From NCBI RefSeq assembly GCF_021869535.1, contig NW_026262581.1:141484001-141548000 (forward strand): 64,000 nt of DNA, read 5' to 3'. Each line of letters begins with the position of its first letter. Positions within the stretch are counted from its first letter, which is position 1. The notes under the pieces were generated by a model. The model worked only from the letters and a program-made list of their open reading frames with translations. It made no database searches and was not told the DNA's origin. Positions 37,119 to 50,404 of the stretch are shown one piece after another. A program made the translations under genes and the position numbers. The stretch comes from Mytilus californianus (lineage: Eukaryota).

Positions 37119-39879
37119 ACAAGGAGGTTGTATGATGTGTCCTTGTTTGGGAAAACTGTACATTTGTCACATGATCATGCAGCATTCTGTGGTGTGTGTA
37201 TGTAAGAAGATGTTACTGTAACAGGGTAATTTATGAAAAACAATCAACAAAATCGAAAGACAGACAGAAAACTTTTGAAATTTAGTGAGCAATAAAAAAC
37301 AAAAAAGAAGGTAATTCAAACAAATTAAACATACATTTATTGCGAAAGGATCTTAAGGTAGATAGGGTGTCTTCCTCCATCTTGGATTTTGAAATACCAG
37401 AAAATAATCGGTCTAGATCTTTAATAAAATGTGCAAATTTTGAGAGTAGTGGGTAATGTGTTAGAATTTTCATTTTAATATAGAAAATGACATGTTTTAT
37501 AATATTTATGGTTGTATTTTACAAAAAAACAGAATACTTTTGTTTGATTAAATTTTTTCCAAATTTGCCACATAAGGGGAGGCAACTCAAATGTAAGGAC
37601 AGATAATTCAGATAAAGTTACTTTTACAATAGAATGTGTTAGGAATTTACCTATTTTATTATGTAGCAAGAAAACGGGTCCCGTGACCCCATTTTTTCTT
37701 TTTCTTATCTGAAAGTATATTAGAGCTATCTTCTCATATTTTATCTCGAAATTCTATGGTGTAGTTTTCGTTTTTATGGCAGAAAATTGCGTTTTCCATG
37801 CATAATCTATACAAAATCTTTCAATTTTGCACAACCTGTAGCGTGAAAATAAGCCCCGTGACCCATTCTTTTTAGTATTTTTTTTTAAAAAGCATGACAT
37901 AAACTACATTTTGACAAATTATAAAAATATTCTATGGATTATAATTTAGACACCCCATCTACCTTAACAGCACATTTCAAGAGTGTTCAAATTGGAAAAA
38001 TGAATGTTATTAAGGAAATGACATATTTCATTGATCTTCAATCAGATGCATGGCAAAAAAAAACTTTCAAGGGAACGACTTCAATTCAACCACGAAGTTC
38101 AATAAATTCTAAAATCAGTAATTGTGATAATATTAAAGTTATGAAGTGTATAATATTTACATAATTTTTTTTATATATATTTATGTATATAATATGTAGT
38201 TTCCATTTCTCGTTTCAGAATTTTTCAAACAGTGGCTATACCTTTCATGTAACTATTTATGTGTTGCTTATGAATTGAATTGTAACACTTCTTAGTGACT
38301 CGATAGGTTAAACCAATGCCTTCCTAGAAAACTACGACACCAATGAACAGCACCTGACCTTTTACTGTTCCTGCTAATAAAGTAAAAATGGCTTCACTAG
38401 AAAAGGACGACACCTAGAAAAAGCATCAATTCTTTGGCTTTCCTGATTGAAGGATTTATTTTCATAACTCCAGTGTATATGCCAGTATACCCAATTTTTA
38501 CCATAGTATAATACTATAAATTCACTGTAATTTTCATATCTGAGCCAGTCCAGGATGATATCGACTTATGATATGCAGTCAAGACAGATCATTGCAAATT
38601 GTTTAAATTACCGATAATTAAAATACATGCATGTTTGGCATAAATCTTTTTACAGCAAATTGTATACAGACATCCCCCTAAAAGCATTTAAAAAAATACC
38701 AAACAAGAACTTTGTCATACAGCATGTTGACAGGCAGAGATGAAAGCACAATGACTTAAAAACTTTGCTATATCGCTATCTATTTTATACATATTGTTCA
38801 GCTTGCTAAATATCTAATAAGTTCCACCAAATATGCAGAAATTTTAGACTGGAGGCAAACCCTACACAATTACACAAGCTCTTTGAACACCAGCTTGGTT
38901 TGACAATACTAAAATGTATGTAAAACTATAATTCAATAGAACATAGGTGGGTATACAGGCAATCAAATCTTGTATATATCCAAGTAAAAAAAATAAGCGT
39001 TCACCGTACACCAGTAATGTATGCAGGAATTAATACCGTGAACTGAAAATGTCAAACAAGTATGCAAACTTTCACGTTCAAATGTGTATAGGACTATATA
39101 TATATATATATATATTTATTCAAGATAAAAGGAATGAATTTGACAGAATACAGATACATTAAATTACAATGACACGGATATAGCACTAGACATAGACACT
39201 AAAATGATTTACATGTTTACTAAAAAATATAATTCAAAAAATAAAATTATGAAAATTGTCATGATATTTTGATAATATGAATAGACTAGATTAAAAAAAT
39301 GAGTGAAATTTAAGTTGACTAGATTTTCACTGTAGCCTAATACCTTAGGATGACCCACAAAAGTTATTGAAACTTATTTCCAGTGGGGTCCTTTTATAGG
39401 TCGGTATGCCGACAAGCAAACCTATGAATTCCATTTTTTCACAAGAGTTTATTACAAAGCGGGTTGAAATAAGGTATAAACCCCTGAGTGTTGCAGTTAA
39501 GAATTGAGAGCTTTCTTTCAAATTCAAACGAATTTGAAGGCTATACATAAGTCATCCCTTACATCCATGTAATTCGGACCTTGATGGAGATATGTCTCTT
39601 TCACAATCATACACATCTCCTTATTTTTGATGGGGGGTTGGTTATGCAGACATAAGTAAATAAGAAATGTTACTACACAGTAAATGCTTAGCATTCAGGC
39701 ATACAGACTTGCCACTACAAACATGTATCCAGAATAAGATTTAAGAATCCATGCAGGCATACCTGGCTGAAAAATGCCAAAATAAATAATAATTTATGTC
39801 TACATACACCAGGTTCGTATGCAGGCATACAGACCTAAACTATGCCAAAATAAATATTGTAAAGATACTAAATACACCA

Positions 39880-40292
39880 GATTTGTATGCAGGCATACAG
39901 ACCTGACAAATACTAGTATACGCAGAGAGTGACAGTTTAGCATACGCCAGGTCGGTATGCAGGCATACAGATCTGACAAATACTAGTATACGCATACAGT
40001 GAGAGTTTAGCATACACCAGGTCAGTATACTGGCATACAGACCTGACAAATACTAGTATACACATACAGTGAGAGTTTAGCATACATCAGGTCGGTATGC
40101 TGGCATACAGACCTGACAAATACTAGTATATGCATAGAGTGAAAGTTTAGCATACACCAGGTCGGTATGCTGGCATACCGACCTGACAAATTCTAGTATA
40201 CACATAGAGTGAGAGTTTAGCATACACCAGGTCGGTATGCTGGCATACATACCTGACAAATACAAGTAAGAGAAAAAAGACTGAATTTAGCA
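39880..40292. repeat. 70-bp tandem array, ~6 copies (right subterminal arm of the 35157-40669 element)
   Basis: gacaaatactagtata at 39905, 39975 and 40045. Confidence 0.9.
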
Positions 40293-42694
40293 TACTATTC
40301 ATTGAAACATCTGAAATAAAGATGGGTAAATGCTATGTTATGTATATATTGCAAAAATGGCATAAAAGTACAACAAAAATGCAGAATGAGTAATTTTTTA
40401 AGGTTTAATTGCTTCAACTATTTCTTGGGTGTTGAAATAGTTCATTCTAGCATCCTATGAATAAGGATAATGCTAAAATGATGAAGTTTTGGATTCGCAT
40501 TAACAAAAAAAGACCAAAAATTTTGCCAAAAAATGACAGACAAATATAAATAATGCTATACAGTGACTTTTTAACGCAAAATATATCAATCATGCCAAAA
40601 GATGTAGCTTTTTCACACAAAAATGAGTTAAATGGCATATGAGAATTTCTAATTTTAGATGAGAACGTGTTAGAGTTACCATACAAAAACCTATACTCCA
40701 ATCTACCCTTTTATATCCGAGTCATTACCTTACCAGAGGAACTAACCTTACCAGTGTGTATTCAGAATACCAAAGTACCACATAGTACCACGATACCAGA
40801 GTACCACGCTACCAAAGAAGTGTCATCAGTTATTACTTTTATTTCTTATATACTCGTACACTCTAACAAAACACATTTTTATAGCAAAGCACTAAGGGAT
40901 AAACATTTATAGCTTAACACTAAGGCCCGACCGCTCGGTTTTCGTTACAGTGGTGGCAGCGGAGGCACGTATCTACATTTTTATATTCTTACAATAAGTG
41001 TAATTATATTCAAGATAAGGCATAAATAAAAATAAGTAAAATGGATAGCGCGGAAAATAAATTTGAAACACCTAGGTTAACTGCCCAGGGTAGACCAGTG
41101 CTCCCCCGATCTCGGTCCTGTAAACTTTTCCATGATCTGACGTCGACCGGAGAGATAGGCATAAGAGTGAACTAAGATCAATGGCCCTCACAAGAGAATA
41201 CAAACAGATACGAAAAGGATGGTATACATCATGCTGACAATAGGCCATTGTCAGGGGATCTATCATCATCAAGGAAAGTGGCCGTTGACCAAGCGAAAAA
41301 CCCGGAAGTTTCAAATAGGGCAACGGTTGTGCATTTGGAAACAAATGCAGCGCGTACGGTAAAACAGAATTTTGGTGAAGAGTCAAGGACTCTTTTGGAC
41401 CATGCTGCCAGAGGGTCTAGGTATGGGTTTTGGAGTCAGAAAGCAATGGATACTGCTGAGGGAGACTCCGGGAATACAAGACGAGTCATGACGTCTTGTG
41501 AATCCGATGCCCGACGGGGTAAACAACATAAGGAAGCCAACAAGTACTTCAAGGACAACTTAACGTCATCATGTAAAGACTAATGACTATAAAAATCCGC
41601 ACTTATAATATCAACAAAACCTACAAAGAAGTAATATATCAGGCCAATCATTGAATCCAGAGACTATGCAACAGATTACGAAACCAGGGCTTCTACCTCA
41701 TCCTTATATTAATGGTCAAAATATCCTTCTGAATATAAATCATTCAGATCATCCAAATGCAAATATATCAACAGTCAATCTAACCGAGATTTCATAAATA
41801 TAGAAACACAATGATTCCAAAACCAAAACAATATATGTAGTCAAAGAAAAAGAAATACAAATATTGATATAAGAGAAAGAACAAATAACTTTGACAAAAG
41901 ACTAACCGAACGTATAAATCACTCTCAAGGTCACGATGACAGAAACAACTAGTACAAAAGTCGTACCAACACAGGGGTCTGAACAATATCAAAATATGAA
42001 AAAAAAATATAGGTATGAAGATCTCTACAAAAAAAAAGAGGATAAAAAATACGTCCGGCATCTGACTATTAAAAAATACCAACAACATGTAGCAAATATG
42101 AAAAAAAAACAGAACAACAAAATTTTCGTGCACTAGCCCAAGAAAATCGCCCACCAGATCAAACACAAATAACAAGAAATGGAATGGTGGCATTCCAACA
42201 ATAGAAATTATTACCAGCAATATCGTAGGATTAATACAAATATTACACTCATTAGATCTATCAAAATCAATAATATGTTCACAAGAGCACTTTTTATGGG
42301 ATTTCAAATTAGAGAAATAAAAAAATTGCTACCATCAATTGAAAATCACGCAAGTTGTTCGGACACAAATGATCCATAGTGTGACCTAAGCCATGGACGA
42401 ACATTGTTAAAAAATCAAAAAACGGCAATGAAAGAATAATTGTCATACTGATAACCGCTTCGCCAGATATTTGTATTAAAGATATTTGGAACGTCTTGAA
42501 TATTTCGGGGCCAGAATATTTGTTTTCATTTGTGGTAATGGAATATTATTGATTTCCATCTTAATGAGGGCCAGCATATTTATTTACAAAATCTACCAGG
42601 CCCCCAACTCAGAATCAAATGGTCGTCCGCTAAACAGTGCAGATGAATCTGGAATAACAGGTGAACATTTAAAAAACTCAAAATCAACCGTCGA

Positions 42695-44104
42695 TTCTGT
42701 GCTAACATCACTATTTAACATGTTCATTCTGTGCTAACATCACTATTTAACATGTTCATTCTGTGCTAACATCACTATTTAACATGTTCATTCTGTGCTA
42801 ACATCACTATTTAACATGTTCATTCTGTGCTAACATCACTATTTAACATGTTCATTCTGTGCTAACATCACTATTTAACATGTTCATTCTGTGCTAACAT
42901 CAATATTTAACATGTTCGTTCATTCTGTGCTAACATCAGTATTTAACATGTTCGTTCATTCTGTGCTAACATCAGTATTTAACATGTTCATTCTGTGCTA
43001 ACATCAATATTTAACATGTTCATTCTGTGCTAACATCAATATTTAACATGTTCATTCTGTGCTAACATCAATATTTAACATGTTCATTCTGTGCTAACAT
43101 CAATATTTAACATGTTCGTTCTGTGCTAACATCAATATTTAACATGTTCGTTCATTCTGTGCTAACATCAGTATTTAACATGTTCATTCTGTGCTAACAT
43201 CAGTATTTAACATGTTCATTCTGTGCTAACATCAATATTTAACATGTTCATTCTGTGCTAACATCAATATTTAACATGTTCATTCTGTGCTGACATCAAT
43301 ATTTAACATGTTCATTCTGTGCTAACATCAATATTTAACATGTTCATTCTGTGCTAACATCAATATTTAACATGTTCGTTCATTCTGTGCTAACATCAGT
43401 ATTTAACATGTTCATTCTGTGCTAACATCAGTATTTAACATGTTCATTCTGTGCTAACATCAATATTTAACATGTTCATTCTGTGCTAACATCAATATTT
43501 AACATGTTCATTCTGTGCTAACATCAATATTTAACATGCTCGTTCTGTGCTAACATCAATATTTAACATGTTCGTTCATTCTGTGCTAACATCAGTATTT
43601 AACATGTTCATTCTGTGCTAACATCAATATTTAACATGTTCATTCTGTGCTAACATCAATATTTAACATGTTCATTCTGTGCTGACATCAATATTTAACA
43701 TGTTCATTCTGTGCTAACATCACTATTTAACATGTTCATTCTGTGCTAACATCACTATTTAACATGTTCATTCTGTGCTAACATCACTATTCAACATGTT
43801 CATTCTGTGCTAACATCACTATTTAACATGTTCATTCTGTGCTAACATCACTATTTAACATGTTCATTCTGTGCTAACATCACTATTTAACATGTTCATT
43901 CTGTGCTAACATCACTATTTAACATGTTCATTCTGTGCTAACATCACTATTTAACATGTTCATTCTGTGCTAACATCACTATTTAACATGTTCATTCTGT
44001 GCTAACATCACTATTTAACATGTTCATTCTGTGCTAACATCAATATTTAACATGTTCATTCTGTGCTAACATCACTATTTAACATGTTCATTCTGTGCTA
44101 ACAT
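42695..44104. repeat. 32-bp tandem array, ~44 copies
   Basis: Unit ttctgtgctaacatca(c/a/g)tatttaacatgttca; starts at 42695 and 42727; some 36-bp variants with extra ttcg. Confidence 0.97.
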
Positions 44105-44689
44105 CTTTAACAACATACTACTGAATAAAACAGTACCAATATCATTTAGATTTGGCTTGGGTAACTTCCATATTTTTTGGTAGGGGTGTGCCATTTTTGC
44201 CTCCAAATTTTACCATTTTAATATAACATTCACTAAAATTCAGTACCTATAGTTATATAAATATTTAAGAATGAATGACCTATACTTATATACAAATCAG
44301 GAGAAAAATGTCTGGGGTTCATTTGGGAACTTATTTGAAAGGTGAGCTTTCAAATGAATTGATTTAATTTAATATAATGATTGACCATTAATAATTTAAG
44401 ATTCCGAATAGCATATCTATATATGATATGTAGATCATACATACCTCACATCAATATACAGGGCATTTTAATATAGGATGTTATAAAAAGGAGGGTCATT
44501 TTTTTATAAAATCTCGCAAAATTATGACCCATATTTTTGGCACATCCCCATACACCCAATAATAGGAAGTGACCCCCCCCCCCCCCCCCCCCGTGACTCC
44601 AGTACTCAAAAAGTAAAACGATCCAACAATTAAGGGGAATCACCGGGGCATAACAGTTACAATGCCATTGGGAAAACATTTGAATATGT

Positions 44690-46700
44690 CTTTCTGGAAA
44701 AACTTAATCTACAATCAAAAAACATTACTAATCTACAATCAAAAAACATTACTACAGTTTGGATTTACAGTTTGGACTTACAGAAGCACTGTCATAACCA
44801 ACTTTTTTTTCATATCTGTTCTTGATGTACAATCAGCATTCGATGTTTTACAGCATGTCAAACTATAAATGAACAGACAATTGATCAAAATATACAGCCA
44901 ATTTATTGGAGAATTATAACAGAGCTATATGATGGGCTTAGTTCCAAAGTAAAATGGATGGATGAGTTAAATGAACCATTAAAAATTAAACAAGGAGTAA
45001 GACAATGCGGAATACTTTCCACTCATTTTTACAAAATATTTGTACAAGACTTATTGATAGAACTGGAGCAGAACTCATTAGGATATCATTTGTGGGACAT
45101 ATATCTAGGAGCGCCAACTTGTGCAGATGATTTAGTCTTCATTTCAAAACACGAATATGAGTTACAAATAATGTTGAATTTAATTGACAAATATGCTAGA
45201 GAGCACCATTATAAAATTCATCCAGCCACAACTGAAATAATTGATAGCTCAAAACAGAAAACTGTGCGTATTGCTATGTGTTTCTTTATTCTACATTGGC
45301 TAAAGGTAAAGGGGAGAATTGAGATCTCACAAAACATGTTTAACCCCCGCCGCATTTTTGCGCCTGTCCCAAGTCAGGAGCCTCTGGACTTTGTTAGTCT
45401 TGTATGTTTTTTTAATTTTAGTTCATTTATATGTTTTGGAGTTTAGTGTGATGTCCTTTTTCACTGAACTAGTACACAGTTTTATTTAGCGGCTAGCTGA
45501 GGACCACCTCCGGGTGCGGGATTTTCTCGCTGCAGTTGAAGACCCATGGTGGCCTTCGGCTGTTGTCTGCTCTTTGGTCGGTTTGTTGTCTCTTTGACAT
45601 ATTCCACATTTCCATTCTCAATTTTATTTTGACTACAACTGGACTATGGGTGATGAAAAAGTAAAAACCATAGATTGCAGTGACCATCTAGGCATAAGAG
45701 AGAACATATTGGCTAGAAAATAACTTCAACATAAAAGAAAGAATCCAAACAGCTAGAAGAACAAAGTGTGCACTTACTAGTAAGTGTTCTGGTGTACATG
45801 GTACAAATGGGCTCAACCTTGCAACCTCATACCAAATATATTAAAACATATGTGATACCAAGTCTAACATAATTGGTTTAGAAGTTCTGCCGTTGACAAA
45901 AGCAAATATTGAGGAAACCGAGATATTCTACAGGAAAAATTTGAGGCACCTGCAGTCACTACCTAAGAGAACATCAAATGCTGTTGTCTTATTATTATAA
46001 GGAGCATAACCAATAGAAGCTGAAATATATAAGAGACAACTATCTATACTCCACAATATCATGTGATAACAACAAAATTAAAGATGTTATGAATAAACAA
46101 ATTGCCACAAAACATACCCCAAAAAAAAAAATGCCTGGAAAGAAGAAACTAAGAAAAAAATAAACCAATTTTGGAGCACTAAGTTGAAATCTGAAGCCAT
46201 CAACAAAACCAGCCTTAAATATATGAACATAGAAAGCCTTAGAATTGGATAAAAAAGGCACAAATCTGGAATCTAAAAAATCAACCGAGGCTTGAGATAA
46301 GAAAGCTATTTCGAAAGCCAGAATGATGACTGGAGTATACATTTTGTAATCAGAGAAACATAATTTACACACTTTACAGCAGAACCAACATGTCAATTGT
46401 TTCATGCAGAAAATGAAGACGTAGTGCATATGGTAACATAGTGTCGATTGCTTAGTACTATAAGAGAGAAATACTTTATAGATAAAAAAAAAAAAAAGGG
46501 AAATCTTGGATAGTATTGGGTCAACAAATTGGAATGCTTTATGTGGTAACAAGTTGGAAGTAATCCGTTTGGTATTATATTTTAACAATTTCATAAAATG
46601 TTTAGATATTAGCAGAGAATTTAACATCAAATAATAAGTTGTTATACTAGTGTATAGATATAATTTAAAATATATTACATTCGTGGAAAAGCGAAAAATT
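44690..46700 (+). mobile_element. 5'-truncated, decayed non-LTR retrotransposon (RT plus C-terminal CCHC-like knuckle), split by a repeat insertion at 45264-45628
   Basis: LQFGFT, LDVQSAFDV, KQGVRQCGILSTHFY, APTCADDL, then after the insertion DYNWTMGDE...SDHLGI and IGLEVLPLT...LRHLQSLP, and CQLFHAENEDVVHMVT*C; multiple stops and frameshifts. Confidence 0.88.
45264..45628. mobile_element. Truncated dispersed repeat inserted in the LINE RT
   Basis: Reverse complement of 19048-19400; the RT frame resumes on the far side (SSKQKT / DYNW). Confidence 0.8.
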
Positions 46701-47216
46701 GAGCAGGATTTGAATCATGAATAAAGAAGGAGGATAAGCTCTTCATATCGCAAATCACCGGTTGCAAGCACGGTGGTATTTGGATATTACTTTGATAAGA
46801 ATAGTGTATGCAAGAAGGTTTATCATTTAATCAAATATTCAATTAAAGCAGAGGGAGGTTTAAACCATTAATATTTCTTTCTTTTCATAATGCCAATAAT
46901 GCCAAAAAAATAAATATTGCAATTTTAATTTACTATATATATATAATTTTTATTTTAATATTAAAACTTTAAGACTAATTCAAAATTATTCTTTTTTGTC
47001 ACGGAAGCCACTTTTTAAGTTAATCATGTTGATGCTACTTGTATACTTAATGATACAGTTTCTCCCTATGTAAACTAAACAATGAACTTTTAATCATCTC
47101 CCTTTTACCCAGCTATTAGTTTAGCATATATCATGTATATGACACCCACACATGTAAATAACATAATTTTGTAAAATTCAAACAAAATAAAAGCCAAAAC
47201 TGCATATAAACTTTAA

Positions 47217-47810
47217 AGGGACATTAGCTGTCAAATTTATGTTCACCGATTTGACTCAAATTCTCATATTTGATTTATAACATACTAAAACGTATATCTT
47301 ATTACAAAAAGTTAAAAAAAATAAGCAATTAACAACGCATGCACTCGATAATATGTATTGATATTTCTTGTGTTTTTTTTTTCTAGGCGTCAACTAATTA
47401 ACCATTTCCCGAGATGACCTCCGAAGACTGTCGATAGTCATATAACCCGATATATAAATAGATAGCGATCACGTGCAATTGGGTTTTTCTAGGTCTGCTT
47501 GATTTCATATTGTAGGTTATTGGTTCAATTTCAATGTTGACATTCTTTTCCTTTCAATAGCTGAATACATGCGTAACCCATCTCCAGCTAAGGAGCTAAA
47601 TTAAAGGTCACATGAATACTCATTCAATGAGGTCGAATTATTCACCTGCAAGTTAATAATTCATCAGCGATGTTTCTTAGCTTATTTTGACAAAATTGAT
47701 CCAAACTGGCTGCTAAAAGCGAATTATTATTTCACTATTTCACTTGCATTAATGATTGAACAAAAATAATTCATACTTTAATTTTTGTTTATCTCTTAGC
47801 TTATGCCCCT
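47217..47810. mobile_element. Kolobok-like non-autonomous DNA transposon, 594 bp
   Basis: ttaa|agggacattagct ... agcttatgcccct|ttaa: TTAA TSD, 5'-AG termini, 13-bp TIR with 2 mismatches. Confidence 0.55.
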
Positions 47811-48404
47811 TTAATTTTAAAAAATAAAGGGAACAAACTCGGCCTACGATTTGTAGATTTTGTTTTTCACTTATTTTCATTTTTTTTTATTGTTTATAAC
47901 TGTTACAACTTTTTATGTTTACATACGAATTTACGAGATAATAATAAATATTTTTGAAAAAAAAATCTATAAAATGTATTAAGATAAACTTAGATCCATA
48001 AGAAATTGTTAAATAATGTGTGTACCATCCAAAACACTTAAATTATTTTTTTAGCGCAGTCGAATTATCAAGTATATATGTGAATAGAGTTTAAAACAAA
48101 ACTTTGTGTACCAAAAAATACGCAGTGTTTCAAATCCTAAGGATTTGTGCACATGCAAAAAGAGTGCAGGACGATTGAAAATGTGTCAACAGTACAGAAC
48201 ACGTGTCAGTTATTAGTTTTAAGGTGATAAAAAAAGGTGTCAACAGTACACGTGGCAGTATGATAGCATGTTAGGTCCAGTTCAATCAAAAAATCATGCA
48301 TATTATAAATAATTTAAAAAAGGAAATAAAAAATTAAAAAACTTAAAGTAAAGACAAGTATTTAGTGGTAACTTTTTATTATTAACTGAATTAAGTCTTA
48401 CTTT

Positions 48405-48790
48405 TCAAGTTCAAAGTTCAAAAGCTTTATTTATAGACGAATATCAATAATATACAGAAAACATAAGCTCTATTGAGCTTTTATATCGTCTTATTTAAAA
48501 CATGCACGTTTAAAACAAAGCAAGCAAGCTTCATACACAAGAGCTACACAAAGCAAATCATTACATTGAAGCATATATATACAATATAAATGACATGAAG
48601 AAGATAAATATGTTATAATATTATGCAGAAATATTAAAAGTACCGTAAGCAATCAATATTAAAAGCATATAAAACACTTTAAAAACACATAAGCAATTAA
48701 AGCACATTAAGCAGAAAAAGCACTATAAATTAAGCATTAATCATTTGCAGGCATTGCCTTGGCATGAACTACCATTCCTGGTAACAATAA
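48405..48790 (-). mobile_element. Probable 3' end of a minus-strand LINE
   Basis: Reverse complement ends aaataaagcttttgaactttgaacttgaa (AATAAA plus ttgaac-type tandem tail); short LPGMVVHA remnant near 48750-48785. Confidence 0.4.
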
Positions 48791-48927
48791 GTATAGAAAA
48801 TTGATTTTGTCTTTATTGTTAATGTAATTTATATTTCTTGCTTGTAATATGTTCAAAATAAATTATTTCATAATTCTAACTCATAATAATAATTTCAAAG
48901 GGGGTCACATTGGGGTGTCCTGATCCC

Positions 48928-49428
48928 TTACTTACTTACTTCAGTGCTTACTGTCCTGTACGCCATTGGCGTGTAGGGCAGTAACGGAGGATTCTTCGTT
49001 ACAGTTTTTGTAAAATAGTTTTTTTTTAACAAAATTGGGTTGTTTGTCCTAGGCTCAACCTCTTACGTAGAGGGTCGGGTTTTTCTGTCAGGATGTTCCT
49101 TCCCTTAGACGATTGCTGCAACTGAACTAACGAGTTCCTTTTATCCGGATTTTCTGTCTGAATTTACTTCCGTAGCCTTTGACTTTTCGTGAGTCATCCA
49201 CAAGGCAGTGGAGCAATATTTATCCCATAGCTGGGGGCTAGGTTTGCAGGCATCAGGGCGTGTCCAAACACCGGTGGGGCTGCATGCCGTGTATCTGGGG
49301 GCCTAGTCTCCTCCGAGACCCTATGGTTCTGCCTGGGATCGTATGATACCCAGTTTACATCTGCCACTTCGAGAAGGATTCAATATCTTGCCACATTGGT
49401 CTTACTGCATGAGAGGCTATAACTGGGT
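48928..49428 (-). mobile_element. Internally deleted RTE-type non-LTR element (5' UTR joined to 3' end), 501 bp
   Basis: 8-bp TSD ctgatccc at 48920-48927 and 49429-49436. The minus strand ends gccctacacgccaatggcgtacaggacagtaagcactgaagtaagtaagtaag, with the (TAAG)n tail typical of RTEs; no RT coding capacity. Confidence 0.65.
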
Positions 49429-49514
49429 CTGATCCCGGATCTCGCTTATTGATTTGTCAGAATCCCGTATCCCGCTTATCATTGTAATAATAGCGCGACT
49501 TCGTTTCCCGTTTT

Positions 49515-50404
49515 CACCGTGTATCATCGGTACAGCGGATAAAAGTACTATCCAAGCGAGCGTGATCGATTTTGACCTGACACAGCAAGAAAATCTTTGT
49601 TTTGTTTACATAATATCAATGTGTACTTCAATCTAAACATAATTGTTGTTTTAAGAGATGATTTGGTCGTAGGTTGATGATTTAATTTAGAGAAGTCTCA
49701 TTATTTCCCCAAAACAAGAACGCTTACTAAAACATGTGCAAATACTTGTCAAAGAAGTTGGCGCTCGTCTCATTCGATATGATTCTATATGCATTGCAAC
49801 TCTTTTTCTGATAGAAGGCCACTGTGTGTGCATAATAAGTATAGCTGTTTCAATAATTTGCATTGAAATCTTTCATACATAATATGTTATTTTTCGATAT
49901 TTTATCCCGAAAAGAAGCGTTGTGTACGGTGTATAGCATGTATAGCTGACTTCATAAGTCCTTCTGTACGGTGCATAGTTAAGTGAATGTACGGAGTATA
50001 GCTTTTTCACACTTGTTTATTACCCAGAATGTTTCATGGAATGATTTATCCAGTAATCACAGGTAGGTTTATGATAGGTCACTATTACTTTTGCCCTGTA
50101 TTAGCTTTCATTCATATAAAACATGTAAATGGCTCGACGACTGTATCGAAATTGAAAGTTGGTGTTGACATTCACAACTATTTGCGCATGTAAAAGTTTA
50201 TTATTCTTATTAGAACATAAAAGTTGTCTTATAAATAGGAAAAAATCGATGCGAAAATTATTTGGGAGCAGGAATTTCAGATGTTGAGAAATGTACAGTG
50301 AATGTAGATAAAACAAAACAAAGATGTTCTTACCGTGTCAGGTAAAAATCGATCACGCCCCGCTTGGTTAGTACCTATATCCGCTGTACCGATGATACAC
50401 GGTG
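49515..50404. mobile_element. Transib-like non-autonomous DNA transposon, 890 bp
   Basis: gtttt|CACCGTGTATCATCGGTACAGCGGATA ... TATCCGCTGTACCGATGATACACGGTG|gtttt: ~95-bp TIRs, 5'-CAC termini, perfect 5-bp TSD GTTTT. Confidence 0.75.

Larger units (their letters stand above)
35157..40669. mobile_element. Putative large (~5.5 kb) decayed TIR element with inverted subterminal repeat arrays
   Basis: acgttctcatctaaaatttaaaattctcat (35157-35186) pairs with 40639-40668 at 28/30. The motif caggtctgtatgcctgcatacgaacctggtgtatgc repeats forward at 35376-35600 and reverse at 39750-40292. No TSD found. Confidence 0.5.

Noticed and set aside
41072-41583. GC-richer patch with overlapping ORFs and a faint Gag zinc-knuckle-like CAFGNKCSAYGK stretch
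   Set aside because: Key Cys/His residues are missing, and no LTRs, protease or RT are nearby; too weak to call.
49330-49436. Self-cleaving ribozyme at the 5' end of the RTE derivative (stem ACCCAGTT/AACTGGGT on the minus strand)
   Set aside because: I could not fit an HDV-like pseudoknot, a hammerhead CUGANGA/GAAA core or a twister consensus, and one apparent stem uses the TSD. An Infernal search would be decisive.
49515-49560. Full RSS (heptamer-spacer-nonamer) in the Transib-like TIR
   Set aside because: Only the heptamer-like CACCGTG is present; there is no nonamer at 12 or 23 bp.
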